Positions 1 to 13,727 are shown, numbered from the stretch's first letter. The stretch: 64,000 bases of DNA from Octopus bimaculoides (GCF_001194135.2 NC_069003.1:1384135-1448134); one strand, 5' to 3'. Translations and numbers: made by a program. The notes: generated from the letters alone by a model not told the origin.

Positions 1-215
1 ATATATATATATATATTCCTATGTACGTAAGCAAACACACACATTACGTACATGCATATACACGCACTTGAACACATGTGTGTGAGCATACATGTATGTG
101 TAGGGGTATGCATCTATCTGCAAAGGGAAATAGGGATGGAGAGAAAGAGAAGAAAAGACATAGATGTTAAGAAGATTTTGAGGCATTTCTAAAATTATAT
201 ATGCGTGTGTCTGTG

Positions 216-242
<27 letters not shown>

Positions 243-253
<11 letters not shown>

Positions 254-525
254 AATACAAGAACTAAGGAAGNNNNNNNNNNTATATATGCACACAAATA
301 CAAGAACTAAGGAAGGGAGTGGATAAACCCACGGTTACATATGTTTCAAAGCGCATGGAACTTTGGAAGTGGTGAATATCTAAGCGAGGTGTATAGAATA
401 GGCTGCTCTTCAGGCCTTGGATGTTTTATACACCTTTATTCACAAAAAAAAGAGCAGACGAAGACAGGTGGTGTAGAAAACAAACAGATGTATTAGCATA
501 ACACTCGGGAATGTATATACGATCG
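243..525 (-). mobile_element. Short non-coding retroelement end (Penelope-type pseudo-LTR or retrozyme-like) with a decayed hammerhead motif, ending at (TA)n
   Basis: Minus strand has hammerhead architecture at 421-328 (CTGAAGA...GAAAC-ATAT-GTA). The terminus ATACAAGAACTAAGGAAGG recurs in diverged form at about 47772-47815, so it is a dispersed repeat. Both copies abut (TA)n. Confidence 0.5.
328..421 (-). ncRNA. Degenerate type I hammerhead ribozyme motif
   Basis: Reads TCCAAGGC-CTGAAGA-GCAGC-(49 nt)-GCTTT-GAAAC-ATAT-GTA-ACCGTGGG. All core nucleotides are present and stem III is the palindrome ACATATGT. Stem I pairs at 6/8 positions and stem II at 4/5, counting G.U. Confidence 0.5.
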
Positions 526-534
526 TATACGTAT

Positions 535-695
535 ATACAACTGGCTTATTTCAGTTTCCGTCTACCAACTCCTCTCATCAATGCTTTCGTCTTCCCGAGG
601 CTATAGTAAATGAAACTTGCCCAAGGTGGCAGACAGTGAGACTGAACCTGAGACCATCTAGTTGGGAAGCACGATTCTTACGACACAACCATGCA
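535..695 (-). mobile_element. tRNA-derived SINE head with CORE-like segment (same family as 60882-61046), diverged
   Basis: Reverse complement aligns by eye with 60882-61046 (GGTTCAGTCTCACTG, CCACCTTGGGCAAG, GGTAGACGGAAACTGAAA). Confidence 0.75.
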
Positions 696-1077
696 GATAC
701 TCCATGGCTGTTAATCCTGCAAGAGCTCTATTCCAAATCAAACGCAGTTCAATAATATATTCGCTCCTATGAGGTTTGAAACTGCACTCTGCGATTCGAC
801 AAATGGTACAGCCATCACTACATGATGCGCTGGTTTGATCGGACGTCAACAGTTTCGAATATACAATGGGGAACTACATCAACATTCATTTTATCTTGTA
901 GTTCTAGCTGACCCGTAAGTTGTAAGACGAGCTGTATTAGAATTTTTTTTCTTTTGTCGATGCGCTCGATGGAATTAATTAAGAAAACCGAAGCATTGGC
1001 GTAGAATATTTCTTTTATTCTTCGCAGATTATGTAAGAAATACGTTTTGGATTAGATACTCTCTCTCTTCTTGAAAT

Positions 1078-1115
<38 letters not shown>

Positions 1116-1132
1116 GCGTGTGTGTGTGTGTG

Positions 1133-1173
<41 letters not shown>

Positions 1174-2039
1174 NNNNNNNNNNNNNNNNNNNNNNNNNNN
1201 NNNNNNNNNNNNNNNNNNNNNNNNNNNNNNNNNNNNNNNNNNNNNNNNNNNNNNNNNNNNNNNNNNNNNNNNNNNNNNNNNNNNNNNNNNNNNNNNNNNN
1301 NNNNNNNNNNNNNNNNNNNNNNNNNNNNNNNNNNNNNNNNNNNNNNNNNNNNNNNNNNNNNNNNNNNNNNNNNNNNNNNNNNNNNNNNNNNNNNNNNNNN
1401 NNNNNNNNNNNNNNNNNNNNNNNNNNNNNNNNNNNNNNNNNNNNNNNNNNNNNNNNNNNNNNNNNNNNNNNNNNNNNNNNNNNNNNNNNNNNNNNNNNNN
1501 NNNNNNNNNNNNNNNNNNNNNNNNNNNNNNNNNNNNNNNNNTATATATATATATATATATATATATATTTTTGTTTTCAATGTTTAACCCTAGGTCGAAT
1601 AGATATATTTATTTCGGCCGTGACTATCACATTATAATTACATCATATAATTTCCTTGTTCGTTGTTCTCTGGGTCCTTTCATTCCATTGAAAACGTTAA
1701 GGTATAATTAATTCAGCGGCTATATGTAGCAGATCGAAGACGTTCCCTCACCAATGCTATAAAGCAGATGGCTTGAATAATTGAAGCGAACACTTTAACG
1801 TGGTTTGAATCCAGATTTGAATTAATTTAATAATTCTACACGCTAGAAGTTCACGACGAATAACCACTATCCACATATCATATCTTCCTTTTCTTTCTTC
1901 CATAATATTAGTGGTTTTCGTTGCAGTAATGTTAAGACATGGCTCTATCTATTTTCTAGTATTTAATTATATTTCTTTATATCTTTATTTCATTGACTGT
2001 GTGAACTGACATGTCCCAGATAGGTATGGTCACTTTGCC

Positions 2040-2814
2040 ACATCAGAAATTTTGTAGCGGTATGGCGAATGAAATGTCCTTCGTATATATCCAGCGTTCA
2101 AATTCCGTTGAAGTTAACTGTGCTTTGTTTGATTCCAGTGTCTTTAATACAAAGGACCATTGAAATACCTGAAAAGCAATGCAGTTGTACTTAAGTTGTA
2201 TATCCAAGCCGTTCATAAGTAATGGTAAGATGGCAGTCTGGCAGAACCAGTGGCAGGCTGGGTATGAAGCTTTGCGCTATTTCAACCGTCTTCATGTTAC
2301 GAGTTCAGACGCCGCCGAGGTCGACTTTAACTTTCAGGCTTTCGTGATCTAAGCAATCGACTCATCAGCTCCTTAGAATTCTGGCGCTAAAATTTAAAAC
2401 CATTATAAATAATAGTAGTCCTAATACTAGAGTCTTAGCGACACTTCTTCCGGCCTTACGTTGCAGGGATCGACTTCACCTTCCATCCTTTCGTGTTCGA
2501 TAAAATAAGCATCAGTTGATAACTGGGATCGACGTAATCGATTTAACCTCTTCCACGAACCTGCTGACCTCTTGTCAAAATTTTAAAGCATTATTATATC
2601 AGTGAATTGGCAAAGTTGTTAAAGAATTGTATTATTCCTTGCGCATCTTTGAGTTCTGAGTTCAAACTCAGCCAGCCTCGGCGTTACCTTCCACCATTTC
2701 AGCATCAACAAAATGAGGAACTATCATGTACTGTGATTAATGCAGTCTATTTAATTCATCTCATCCTTTTGGGTTAGATAAAATAAATACCAGTTGAACA
2801 CTGGGGGGGGGGGG
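2040..2814 (+). mobile_element. Cluster of about 4-5 decayed head-to-tail copies of the GCCGAGGTCGACTTTGCC SINE family
   Basis: Repeated family motifs GAGTTCA..CCGCCGAGGTCGACTTT, GATAAAATAAG, ACTGGG.TCGA, with copies near 2090, 2230-2400, 2430-2600 and 2610-2810. Confidence 0.65.
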
Positions 2815-2893
2815 NNNNNNNNNNNNNNNNNNNNNNNNNNNNNNNNNTGCCAACATTTTAAACGTTATTATTATTATTATTATTATTATTAAA

Positions 2894-2940
<47 letters not shown>

Positions 2941-3213
2941 TTATTAGATTTGTCCGTCTATTATTTGCTTTATTTGTTGTTAGAAATCTGTTATACAATT
3001 ATACTTTCACATTACAACATATTCTCTCGAGCCTGCGACAGAAAAAAAAATCAAGGGGAGATTCTTCTATAGAAAAGAAACATAATTAAAAATACAAGTC
3101 ACATGATATCAACCTGTTGCTTGGCTGATCTTATTATTTAAGAAATTAAAGCCAACTATTCACTTTCTATGTTTCCAACTATTTTTGAGAAAGGCAAAAC
3201 GAAATAGCATTCT

Positions 3214-3250
<37 letters not shown>

Positions 3251-4149
3251 ACATATATATATATATATATACACATATGTACAAATACACAAGTACACAC
3301 AGAAGGAATCATGCAGCAAAATGTGTTAAATAATAGTTTTCTTTTTTTTTATAAAATCATGAAATGCTGGAAAAAATTAAAAAAAGGAACGGAAACAAAA
3401 TAAAAATATTCATTCAATATAAGCAGCATTTGCCATTAAACAGACTTTCGAACTTTCATGGGACGCTTCAACAGAATTCCATGGAATTTCTGTAAAATAA
3501 CGCAGAAAAAAATATCAGAAACAAAATTATTGTAAATGAGTTTAGGTTTTCAATTAACGTTGCGCCATTTTTTGTGCGAGCTATAGGAAAAAAAAAAAAG
3601 AAAAGAAGAAGAGAAACATAGAAAACGGAACGAAAATACAATAAAAAATGACTAAGGCTTTTTAGTATGTATTTGTTCGAATGTATGAGAATTTGGAATT
3701 GTATCTCTCTCATAATGTGGGCTTGTATACAGCTTCTGAGAGTCTGTGAAAAAAATATTCGTGCAGATGTTAATATGGTTGTATTCGAAAGACAGAAATG
3801 TTATGTTAGAAAAGTACATAAAAAGGAAAAGAAGAAATAAACCAGCACTTGTGTAGTTTTGACATTTTGCGTAGTAATTCTCAACGATTAGTTATTTTGG
3901 CAGTTTCTCTTTGATTCCATTCCAATTACAGCTACAGAGAAAAATATTGTCAAGTTAATGGTTTTCTGATGTTTTTCATCTTTGAGAAAAAACTGAAGAC
4001 TTCTCGACCAAAATAATAACGAAAGTAGAAATTATTGAAAATTTTCTGTGCGTTTCACGGATATAAAATATGAACCGAAGTAAAACTGCTCTCAGAGAAA
4101 CATGAAGGAATGTCGACATGAAACCTGTGTTCAAATGATAAAGATATTA

Positions 4150-4325
4150 CATGAACATATTGGTTTGAAATTTTGACATAAGTCCAGCTTAGTCAATTAC
4201 ATCAACCCCCACCCCAGTACTCTACTGGTACTCATATTATCAAGTCCTAAAGGTGAAGTCGACCTCGGCGGAATTTGAGCTTTAAACGTAAAGAACCTCT
4301 AAGCATCTTGTCCGGCGTGTCAACC
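4150..4325 (-). mobile_element. tRNA-derived SINE (GTCGACCTCGGCGGAATTTGA family)
   Basis: AAGTCGACCTCGGCGGAATTTGAGC matches the cores at 14476 and 14692; tail TTTGAAATTTTGACA. Confidence 0.8.
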
Positions 4326-4399
4326 CTTTTACATGTATATTTTAATAACTCTTATATTTAACTGTTTATGTCTTATAAACGTTTTACTTCAATACTTCA

Positions 4400-5950
4400 C
4401 AACCCGACCGATTCATCCGTTTGCTATGAAGTTTTCCTTTAAGCACATCAATCTTTTACCATCTTCTTAAATCAAGCTCGATTTTTCCATTGGCCTTTTT
4501 CTTTCTCTTTCGTCACATCGTTCTTAAACATGCTTCTCTATTTCATGGTGAGAAAGTCTTCTGTTACATTTGTGTCTCAAACACTTACTGTTATCTCAGC
4601 TTTCTCTCTCATTCTTTTGTTTTATACATAAAGTTACCTATTGATTCTTAATATCCTGCATGTGGCTTTGTGTTCCAAATGTTTTTTCGCCATATTTTCT
4701 TATTTGATATTTGGAACAATAATTCTTCTTAGCCCAATAACATTTCAATGCATTTGTCGTCAATATCAGTGAAGTGAAGATGAGAACAATTTACTCCTTT
4801 ATCGTTATAGCACGCAGCAAATAGCCAAGGAAATTATGTTATAACCCATAAAATCTCCATTTCCGCATATGAAATTCTTTAGCAGTTAACTCCAAGGTTA
4901 CTTTGATAGTTTACGTATGCTTTATCGTTGTATCAATTGTTCGTTCGCAACATGGTACAAAAGAAGTAGCCGAAAACAAAACCCTTTGTTGCTGGTATCG
5001 CTATTCATTTAGTTCAACACATCAGACCAGACAGAAGAGACCAGTGACACGCAGGGCGTAGGACTGCTTGTGAATGACAAACTTCTTCCTCGTTATACAA
5101 TATTTATGTCTGGGTAACGTCCATACTGAATACTCCGACAAAATGTTGAATCTTGTAGGAGGGAATGTGACTGATCTGACATATTGCACCCTCCTCCGTT
5201 GTTGCAGTCTGTCATAATAATCTTGTAGGTTCAAGGTGGTATCCCGCTAAGTTAGAGTCGGTTGTGTGAGATGTTCCTCAATGTATCATGTTGGTAATTT
5301 ACACCCCAGCCAAGTGTTTCCATTCAGTACAGTTATTGCACTCGTACCAATTTTCCTGTATATTTGCTGGGTGGGAAACGTCTGTTTTGTGATGCTGTTG
5401 TAGTAGTGATCTAGAATGGATATATCTGTCAGGATGTTTGAATTTCATTTTCTGTTTCAATGGCAGAAACTGTGCTGATGAATGTTAATCCTGAAACAAA
5501 GTATGTCGATTGCGTGTCTACACAGTCTTTCATTCTGTTGAACATATTTGCTTTGCTTTATAGGCTGACTCTGATCATGGTCTCCGTCAAACCACTTATA
5601 ATGTTCAGGATACGGATTCCGTGGATTGCTGGAAAGCACTGGATGATAAGCCAGAAGTGGTATAATCCTTGCTGGAAACACGAATGCATTGTTTACAATT
5701 CCCTCCTGTCTGCCAAATATAGTACATGTGATTGTTTTAAATATGTTTGTGGGTCTCTTATTTTTTCTTTGCTATATTTCTGTCTGTTTTTGATTGAAGC
5801 CTGATGTAGCAACGGTTATTGTTTTCGCCAACTGCGGTGATATTTAATACAGATTGTGGCATTACCGTTTTCTCTTGCTTGCTCTTCAAGAATCGTAACC
5901 GATTTTATATGAAGCTACAGCATGAACTTTTCATATTTTTTAAAGAATCT
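4400..5950 (-). mobile_element. Highly decayed non-LTR retrotransposon reverse transcriptase region, RTE-like
   Basis: Frameshifted minus-strand peptides fall in RT order: IHGIRILNII (cf. YRGISLLSI), NMFNRMKDCVD, SAQFLPLKQ, KLVR/AITVLNGNT (cf. KLVSAITVLYENT), QTATTEEG. Many stops; similarity judged by eye. Confidence 0.45.
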
Positions 5951-6369
5951 TTTTTTTAATGTCTTTGGTTGTAGCCGGTTCAAGTGAGATTTATTTTACC
6001 GGTCAACCTATTGTCAATCTTCTATAACAACGGTAGGGCAGTGATCGATAGTAATGGTCTGAATCGATGTTTGATTATTAAATTAGTAAGTACAGGAATA
6101 TGATATGAATGACCTGTCTTTCTAGAAATTGTGAAAGAATGGATAAGATGATAGTGAAGAGTTTCTTTGATGTTACATCATTTCATTTATAGCTGCTGTT
6201 CGAATTTTTACATTTTTGTTTGCTTTCTGATGCATGGAAATTTAATATGTCGAAATTTACAACCATATTGTGCTACTGGTTGGTGAATCTCATAGTATTT
6301 TCGGGTTAAAATCAGTTACCAATTACAAAAATATTTAAAGTTAAACAAATATTATTTAATATTACTTAA

Positions 6370-6530
6370 GGCAGAGAGCTAGCAGTGTCGTGAGGTAGAC
6401 CTTACATTTCCTGATCTCAAAATCGATAAAATAAGTTCCAGCTGAACATTGGTTTCGATTTAATCGATTTAACACCTTATCCACGAAATTGGAAATTGTT
6501 GGCTGTGTAACAAAATTTGTGACCAGTTTT
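6370..6530 (+). mobile_element. Decayed SINE body (same family as 10265-10480)
   Basis: GAGGTAGACCTT...TCGATAAAATAAGTTCCAG...TCGATTTAATCGA...GTAACAAAATTTG. Confidence 0.65.
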
Positions 6531-7677
6531 ATATAATTACTCATTAAACGATAAACGAACTCTTTAAAACATAGAGCCGCTGAATAACATCAGGACACAT
6601 TATGAAATTGGGTCAATTGATATTACCCCTCTACATACACAACACACACACAAAGACACACAGACTTGTACAAGCTTACATTCAGAAGAGAACAGGAATG
6701 AAGTGCATAGTAGTTATAGAAGAGATGAATATATGAATAGAGACTTGTGAAAAGCAAATGCATCATATATCAGACCATGTTGAAAAATGTATTTAAAATC
6801 TTACTAAAAATACCAAACCATAAAATCTATTCCTTTCATCAACATAAAACCACAAACAATCAGACTACAAAAGGTTGTTCAGACAACGATTTCAATGTAT
6901 AGATGTACTTTACGAAAAACAGTATACAACCTGTTACATGAAAAACAAAAGTACATTTTTTCTCTGCGGCTGCTTTTAAGATTTATAAAGAGTAATTAGT
7001 GCACATTGTTATAAAAATAGGAAACTGAACGAGATGGTAAATGATTAGTTAATAAAATGCATCAAAAATAGAATGATACCATAAAGTATAAACACAATTA
7101 CAGAAGACTTATTGTTAGCAAATTACAAGCGAAAGTCGAGACAGTTGCATCACAGAGAAGTTAACAGTGTCGGCCTCTGCATACACCACAGCGTATACAA
7201 TTTCAGTCTATTTATGCACAACAAGGTGCAAAAGGGTCGACCTCATGCACTTCTGATTACGGTTGACTACTTGGCAGGAAAAACCTTTCTTTTTAGGTTT
7301 AAACACGCAACAATGTCACCATGACGTCTTCCATGATTGTAATAGAAAGGAATCGAACCTGTTTAGGCGTACAAGTTTCAAAGAGTTAAGCGTTCACGAA
7401 TATTGAATAGAGTATTGACTTTGCTATCAATTATAATCCAATTTGGCAATTTTTCGTTGAATATTACGAAGTATGACAAAGATTCCATTCTATTTCCTCC
7501 TGAGCGACAATATTTCCAAACGGTAAAGTACAAACGAAGGTTATTTTTGAAAGTCTAGATATTTTAGTTATTGAACGTCTCATGAATAAATATGGAAAAT
7601 ATTATAACAAGAAATAAAAATTAAACCTGGAGGTTACTTTTAAATAAATTTAAATATACATGTGTTTGTGTGTTTCA

Positions 7678-7905
7678 GAGAGAGAGAGAGAGAGGGAGAG
7701 GGAGAGGGAGAGAAAGAGAGAGAGCAATGCGTAAATGTCAATAGCTGTATGAACGTTACTTTCAATTAAGGACATCTGANNNNNNNNNNGGGAGGGAGAG
7801 GGAAGGGAGAGGGAAGGGAGAGGGAAGGCAGAGGGAAGGCAGAGGGAAGGGAGAGAGAAAGAGAGAGAGAGAAAGAGAAAGGGAGAGGGAGAGAAAGAGA
7901 GAGAG
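7678..7905. repeat. Polypurine (AG)n/(GGGAGA)n tract spanning a 10-N gap
   Basis: Visible directly; the adjacent unique sequence is duplicated on both sides of the gap. Confidence 0.9.
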
Positions 7906-8619
7906 CAATGCGTAAATGTCAATAGCTGTATGAACGTTACTTTCAATTAAGGACATCTGAGGAGGCTAAGATCTTGTAAAATCGAACTGGGTTTTTTTTT
8001 CTGCCCTCGGTGATACAAAATTGTTGAAGAATTTTAGCCTTGAGAGAAAAGCTAAAATTGCTTGATAATTTTAAAAAATAGTATATGCCACTTTATGTAT
8101 AATATGTGTGAGAGCGTGTATGCGTATGTATAATTTTATATACAGGTATGCAGATGTACATGTGAGAGTATTTCTCCCTGAACATACAATCAATCATTGA
8201 CACACACCCAGTCAACCATTTATGCACAAACACACAAACGTTCGTGCATAAGTTATTTTCTTGTTATAAGCTTGAACTTGCATATACTTATATGTATATA
8301 GACGTAACACACATGTTCGAGTGCAACGCAAACGGAGTCCGATAGATGCAGACACAGACCCGATCACAGATGCACATTGATATAAGCATGTATGAAAAAA
8401 TATGTCTATAAGTATTTATATATATTCGTTTGAGAGAGACAGCTAAAGAGAGAGGGAGAGAGAAGGGGGATGAGGAGAGAAAGAGTGATTCTGTATAAAT
8501 GTTAACTGCCACCCACGTAACCGTACACGCATACCTTTAATCTGTAGCTACTGATGTCGCTTTCTCTCTCTTTCTTTCATTCTATATGCGTGTGCATGTG
8601 TCTTTGTCTATATGTATGT

Positions 8620-8686
8620 AGCCACACATATATATAGATATACACACTTCTCCATTGACACACACACAGACATTTATATATTCATT

Positions 8687-8732
<46 letters not shown>

Positions 8733-8916
8733 TGCATATACATATATATACACGCATATATGTCTATCTATATGCATAGACATATAAATGTACGTATACA
8801 CATATATATGTATATCCACTACACATGTACATACAAAAATATATATGTATATACATATGTATATATGTGTGTCTATATATGTGTGTGTGTGTGTGTGTGT
8901 GTATGTATTTATATAT

Positions 8917-8990
<74 letters not shown>
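8620..8990. repeat. Compound (TA)n/(TG)n/(CA)n microsatellite
   Basis: Visible directly; explains the overlapping YIYI/HTHT ORFs. Confidence 0.95.
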
Positions 8991-8994
<4 letters not shown>

Positions 8995-9374
8995 GCGATG
9001 TAGTGTGTATGTATATGTGGCGTATGTGCTTGTGGCGTGTCTTTGACCCGCCCCTGCAACTCTTGGCAAAATGTCAAACTGTTTGTTTTTAATCTCCAAT
9101 TGAAGTATTTTTAGCCGATTCCTAGCAACTCCACTAATTGCCTTGGCACTAACATCAGTGCACCGCCTGCAGGTAGAGATGCAGGTGGGTGCAGTAGGAG
9201 TGTTCAGCCCTTTTTGTCTATTCTTCATCTTCTTCTTCTTTTTCTTCTTCTTCTTCATTACAATTTTCTTTCCACTTCAAGTATTTATTCCCCCTTAAGG
9301 GGTTGCATTTTAATTAGACATCGCACTCCGTGAGAGCCCCTCCCCCTCCCCCCCACCGTAACTGGTAGTTAGAC

Positions 9375-9625
9375 TACCATCAGCATCGTCATTATCGCCA
9401 ACATCCCTGAACCGCAGTACCACAACTATACTCATCACCACCATCCCCTTCCAGACCACCACCACTGCCAACTACAAAAACAACAACAGCAGCGCCACCT
9501 TTGTCGGGAACATGAACGGCAACCGCAAAGATAACGCAATTACCTCCACCTCAATCACCTTTAACATTATCACCAAGGATACCAATATTTCCAGTTCTAA
9601 CTACTACTACTACTACTAATACTAC
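9375..9625. repeat. Cryptic trinucleotide (ACC/AAC/CAT) low-complexity tract ending in (CTA)n
   Basis: Strong 3-nt periodicity and A/C strand bias; similar tracts at 31980-32145, 49870-50170 and 53400-53555. Confidence 0.75.
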
Positions 9626-10264
9626 TTGCGTTTATAAGAAAGCTTCTGTTTTGGGTAGTTATGTTACTTAGCCCCCAGGTTAACTGTGATCGATGAGAGA
9701 TATAATCGATCAGTCAAATGTACTGTAACTGTGACCACCGCCCTTTCTCTTTTTCCAATCCTATGTGCAAAGAAACGAGAACGAAATTATTCAAAGCGTC
9801 CTTTTTTATGAGCGCCGGATAAGATTTCAGGCAAATAATGATGGCCTGATGTTTTATTACGTTGTTTAATCCTTAGGTGACGTTTCCTTGTTGGCTTTCA
9901 TCCCGGATGTATTGTGAATGTCGTAGATTAATAAATTTCTGGAGACCATCTCCGAAATTACTTCGCGATTTTCAGAACTAGCTCTTTTGATAGTGAAGTC
10001 ATACGGTGGTCGTGGAAGGATTTGGTGCGCGCAGAATATGAATGCTCTCTTCTTGCTAGCTTCCATGAAGATTGTGAGATAAAGATGTGAGAAGAAGAAA
10101 AACAACACAACTAGACTCCTAATTTATTTATCGACTCCAAGAGAACGAAAGACATATCTGAACTTCATGGCATTGGAATTCTCAACGAAAACGCCAGGTC
10201 GAATATTTCACGCTGTTTTATTCTGCGCGTTAATAAAACTAGTAACATAAGGTTTTGTTAGTTT

Positions 10265-10480
10265 CAGGCGGCGAGCTGGTCGAACCGTTACCATGCCGGA
10301 CAAAATGCTTAGCGATATTTCATCCGTTTTTATGATAAATATCCAAATTTCGCTGAGTTGGATTTGTCTTTTATCATTTCGGGATCGATATAAGTCCCAG
10401 TTAGACATTAGTTTCGATGTAATCGATATACTTATCCCCTTAAACCTTGCTGGCGCTGTGCCAAAATTTGAAATTTGAAA
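10265..10480 (+). mobile_element. Near full-length diverged tRNA-derived SINE
   Basis: Starts GGCGGCGAGCTGG (A-box-like) followed by AAATGCTTAGCG, the reverse complement of the heads at 14520-14790; ends GTGCCAAAATTTGAAA. Confidence 0.8.
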
Positions 10481-11759
10481 TCAGTATAATGTTTAGGCCG
10501 TTATACATTGAACCATGATCAGCAGCTTTTTAACTACAGCAAAATCAGTAGCGTTGTTTTCCTCCATTTCGGGAGCGATGAAAAGCAATAACAGCCAAAT
10601 GCGATCACCATTACAATAGGCATCAGCTAAATATCTCCTCAGTACTAGATTGTAAGTTCAGGCCTGAGACCCAATTTTACACTCATGATTTTGTGTTAAC
10701 AGAACATTTCCTGGAAAGTGTTATCGAATACCACAAATCCGTTGATATTACTGTTTTATAAGTCGAAAGTAAGTAACAGACCCTTCCTGGGCCGATTTCA
10801 GATCGCACCGTTGTCATTATGGACATGGATTTATTTCTCGCATAATTCACCGTAAACATAAATTGGTAATATAACAAAAGATGGAATCGCATGAATATTT
10901 ACATATAAATACACGCAATATTTTCAGTCAAAATTTTACGCGTTACTTTAATCGTTTATATATTTCGGAAGGGATCAATACAATAAAAATGTAGACAAAT
11001 ACCATGTTGACTCATGTTCGGACATTGAAATCTAGCCATGTATAATAGAAGGGAGGGGTGTACATTTCTGTCTACTTTTAGAAACATATACTTCAATATT
11101 TATACTGCACACAAAACCGAAATCGACCATACGCACACAAATAAAACCACAAACGCTATGAGTTCAAAACCCGCTGAGATCATTATCAGTCCTAATTCCA
11201 GCATTCAATAAAATTAAATATCTGATATGCATGAATATCGATTAAATATTTGTATGCAAGCGTCCTTCGAGAAAATGGAATTATAAAAGGAGAGAATGAA
11301 GTCGAGGCTGAACTGACAAATTTATTGGTCTCCTTCTACCGCTTGATGTCTTCTGTTTACGTCGAAAACATAAAAATATGCCAGATTAGTGTGGTAGATT
11401 GATGATGAAATCGGTTCTATGTTTAATATTATACTTTCCTGTCTTACGTCAAATGTCCTTTAACTTGTGGTTCGCAATCAACGGCGGGATCAGATTCCCC
11501 TTTCGTTCATTTAATGTTGATAGAATCATGAGATTATATTGACATCCACATCTCTGGCAGTGATTAAATTAGCCGTTATGGATGTGTGGTTAAAGTGTTC
11601 GATTCTGAAACAAATGGTTTAGGGTACAATTTTACTGAGCAGTACTTAGGGAAACAGAAATCTGTTTCTCCGTAACGTCGCCTAAGCGTGGTATGACGTA
11701 AGTATTACGAAGAAAATTTGTTACAAGATGACCGCGCGATTGGGAGTGCGCTTGCCAGA

Positions 11760-11950
11760 TTGGGTGCGCGTTCTGTTCTTGACCTAAACACTTCGTTTCG
11801 CGTTGCTCCACTGCGCCCAGCAGTAAATGAGTAGCTGATCAGGGTGAATAGTGTGACCCCCTTACATTGCCAGCAGAGTGACCTCTTTCAAAATCTAAAA
11901 CGAGGCAAAGCGCACTGTGACAAGCGATGTATTATAAAATCGAATGATAC
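11760..11950 (+). mobile_element. Old CORE-like SINE relic (related to 34893-35215)
   Basis: TGTTCTTGACCTAAACACTTCGTTTCGCGTTGCTCCAC...CAGCAGTAAATGAGT resembles 34965-35025; a similar relic lies at about 43010-43130. Confidence 0.5.
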
Positions 11951-12005
11951 ACACACACACACACACACCTGTGTGTGTGAGTGAGTGTTTGTGTGTGTCT
12001 CTATG

Positions 12006-12048
<43 letters not shown>

Positions 12049-13399
12049 ATATAAAACAATTAACTCGAGAAATATCTCTGACTTATGTCGGTGTCATTGG
12101 GAACGTGTAGATCTGTCTAAACTTGTCTCAGTTGCAACAAATGAAACGATAAATATATATATATATAAAATAGTACATCGCTTTATTTGCATTCGAGCAC
12201 AAAACACGTCGTCTCGGCAATCGATAAAGATGTGTCAGCATATTTCATAACAATGGAAATCTTAATAGCACCGGAAAATTATGGAGAGTTGCCACTTCCG
12301 CTAGTGGAGCGCAAACATGCAAGATCAAGTCCAGGGTTGTCTCCCATGCAAGCTCAAAGCACGGAAAGATTATTTTAGCCAAATGCTAACAGTGTTTCAT
12401 TGGAGCTTATGGATATGTCAATACAATTATGAGAGAAATCGATGTAGAAATCCTAACGCTAGGATTCTCTGTATATTTGTTCTATAAATCCATTTATTTA
12501 TTAATATGGTGTTGTGCGCGTTGTATATTTATCCTGTCTGAGAGTTAAACAGTTCCAATGAAAGAAAGGGATTAGCTACAGCAGTAGCAGTAATAGAGCT
12601 TATAGATATAACAGTAGTCGTGGTAGTGACAAATAATTTCGTCTCAGTTATCTACTTTCTGCGTTTTTTAATTCCTATTCTCACATCATTGACAGGATCA
12701 TTTCAACTTGCAGAATTTGTCACACCCTTTTTTTACATTCTATGTTCGAACTTCACCAAGGACAAAATTACTTCTGCTAAAGGAGTCAATAAATTTACGA
12801 GCCAGCAAAGTAATGTGGGTTCTATAATCGATGAAGACGTTCGTCAGTGTAATTAATAGGCATTATTGGTGGTGTTATTTATCTCTCAATTGCTTTTGTT
12901 GATATTGATGTTGTTATTATTTATATATTCTCATGTTAGACACCATCCAGGTAATATATAATCAAAAATTATTCTACCTACAACCATAAACCTTCTTCAT
13001 GCAGAATAACAGAGTATGTCTGGGATTAATTCCTTTTAATCCAATACGGGTTTCTCTTTGGCATTCTCCTCACGTCGTTATTGTGTAGCAATTTAAACGT
13101 GCTTTGGCTGATGTTGCTTGGCAGGTCTAGCAACCACGTAAACATCCCTCGCGTTGATTCAGAGAAAAAGGGGTTATTGGGTTTGTTATGTGGATAGGGG
13201 TTTATAGAAGTAGAAACAAAATAATATATACGATGTTTGGTTTCTTAACGAAGCACCATATAACCTTAGGCAAAAACGGAACTGAGAACGGCAAAAAATA
13301 TATAAAGGCAAAAATTAAAACAAACTATGTTAATGGCTTTTAGATATAGTTGTACTGATATAAACTCAACTGAGAGGTGTTTGAGCTACTTTCGTGACA

Positions 13400-13402
13400 C
13401 GC

Positions 13403-13457
<55 letters not shown>

Positions 13458-13682
13458 TANNNNNNNNNNATATATATGTATGTATATATATGTATATGTG
13501 TTGTGTGTGTGTGTATGTATGTATATATGTATATATGGTGTGTATGTATGTATATATGTATATATATATATACATTTATATATATATGTATACATATGTA
13601 TGTTTGTATATATATATATATTTGTGTGTCTGTATATATATACATTTATAAACACACACACACATATATATATATATATACA

Positions 13683-13727
<45 letters not shown>

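Noticed and set aside
5310-5352. PHD/CW-finger-like peptide WYECNNCTEWKH on the minus strand
   Set aside because: The remaining ligands are absent and a stop follows; another frame of the same bases fits the RTE-like RT relic better.
7722-7960. Exact duplication of about 60 bp either side of the 10-N gap (also 243-313)
   Set aside because: Typical contig-end overlap artefact at scaffold gaps, not a biological tandem repeat.
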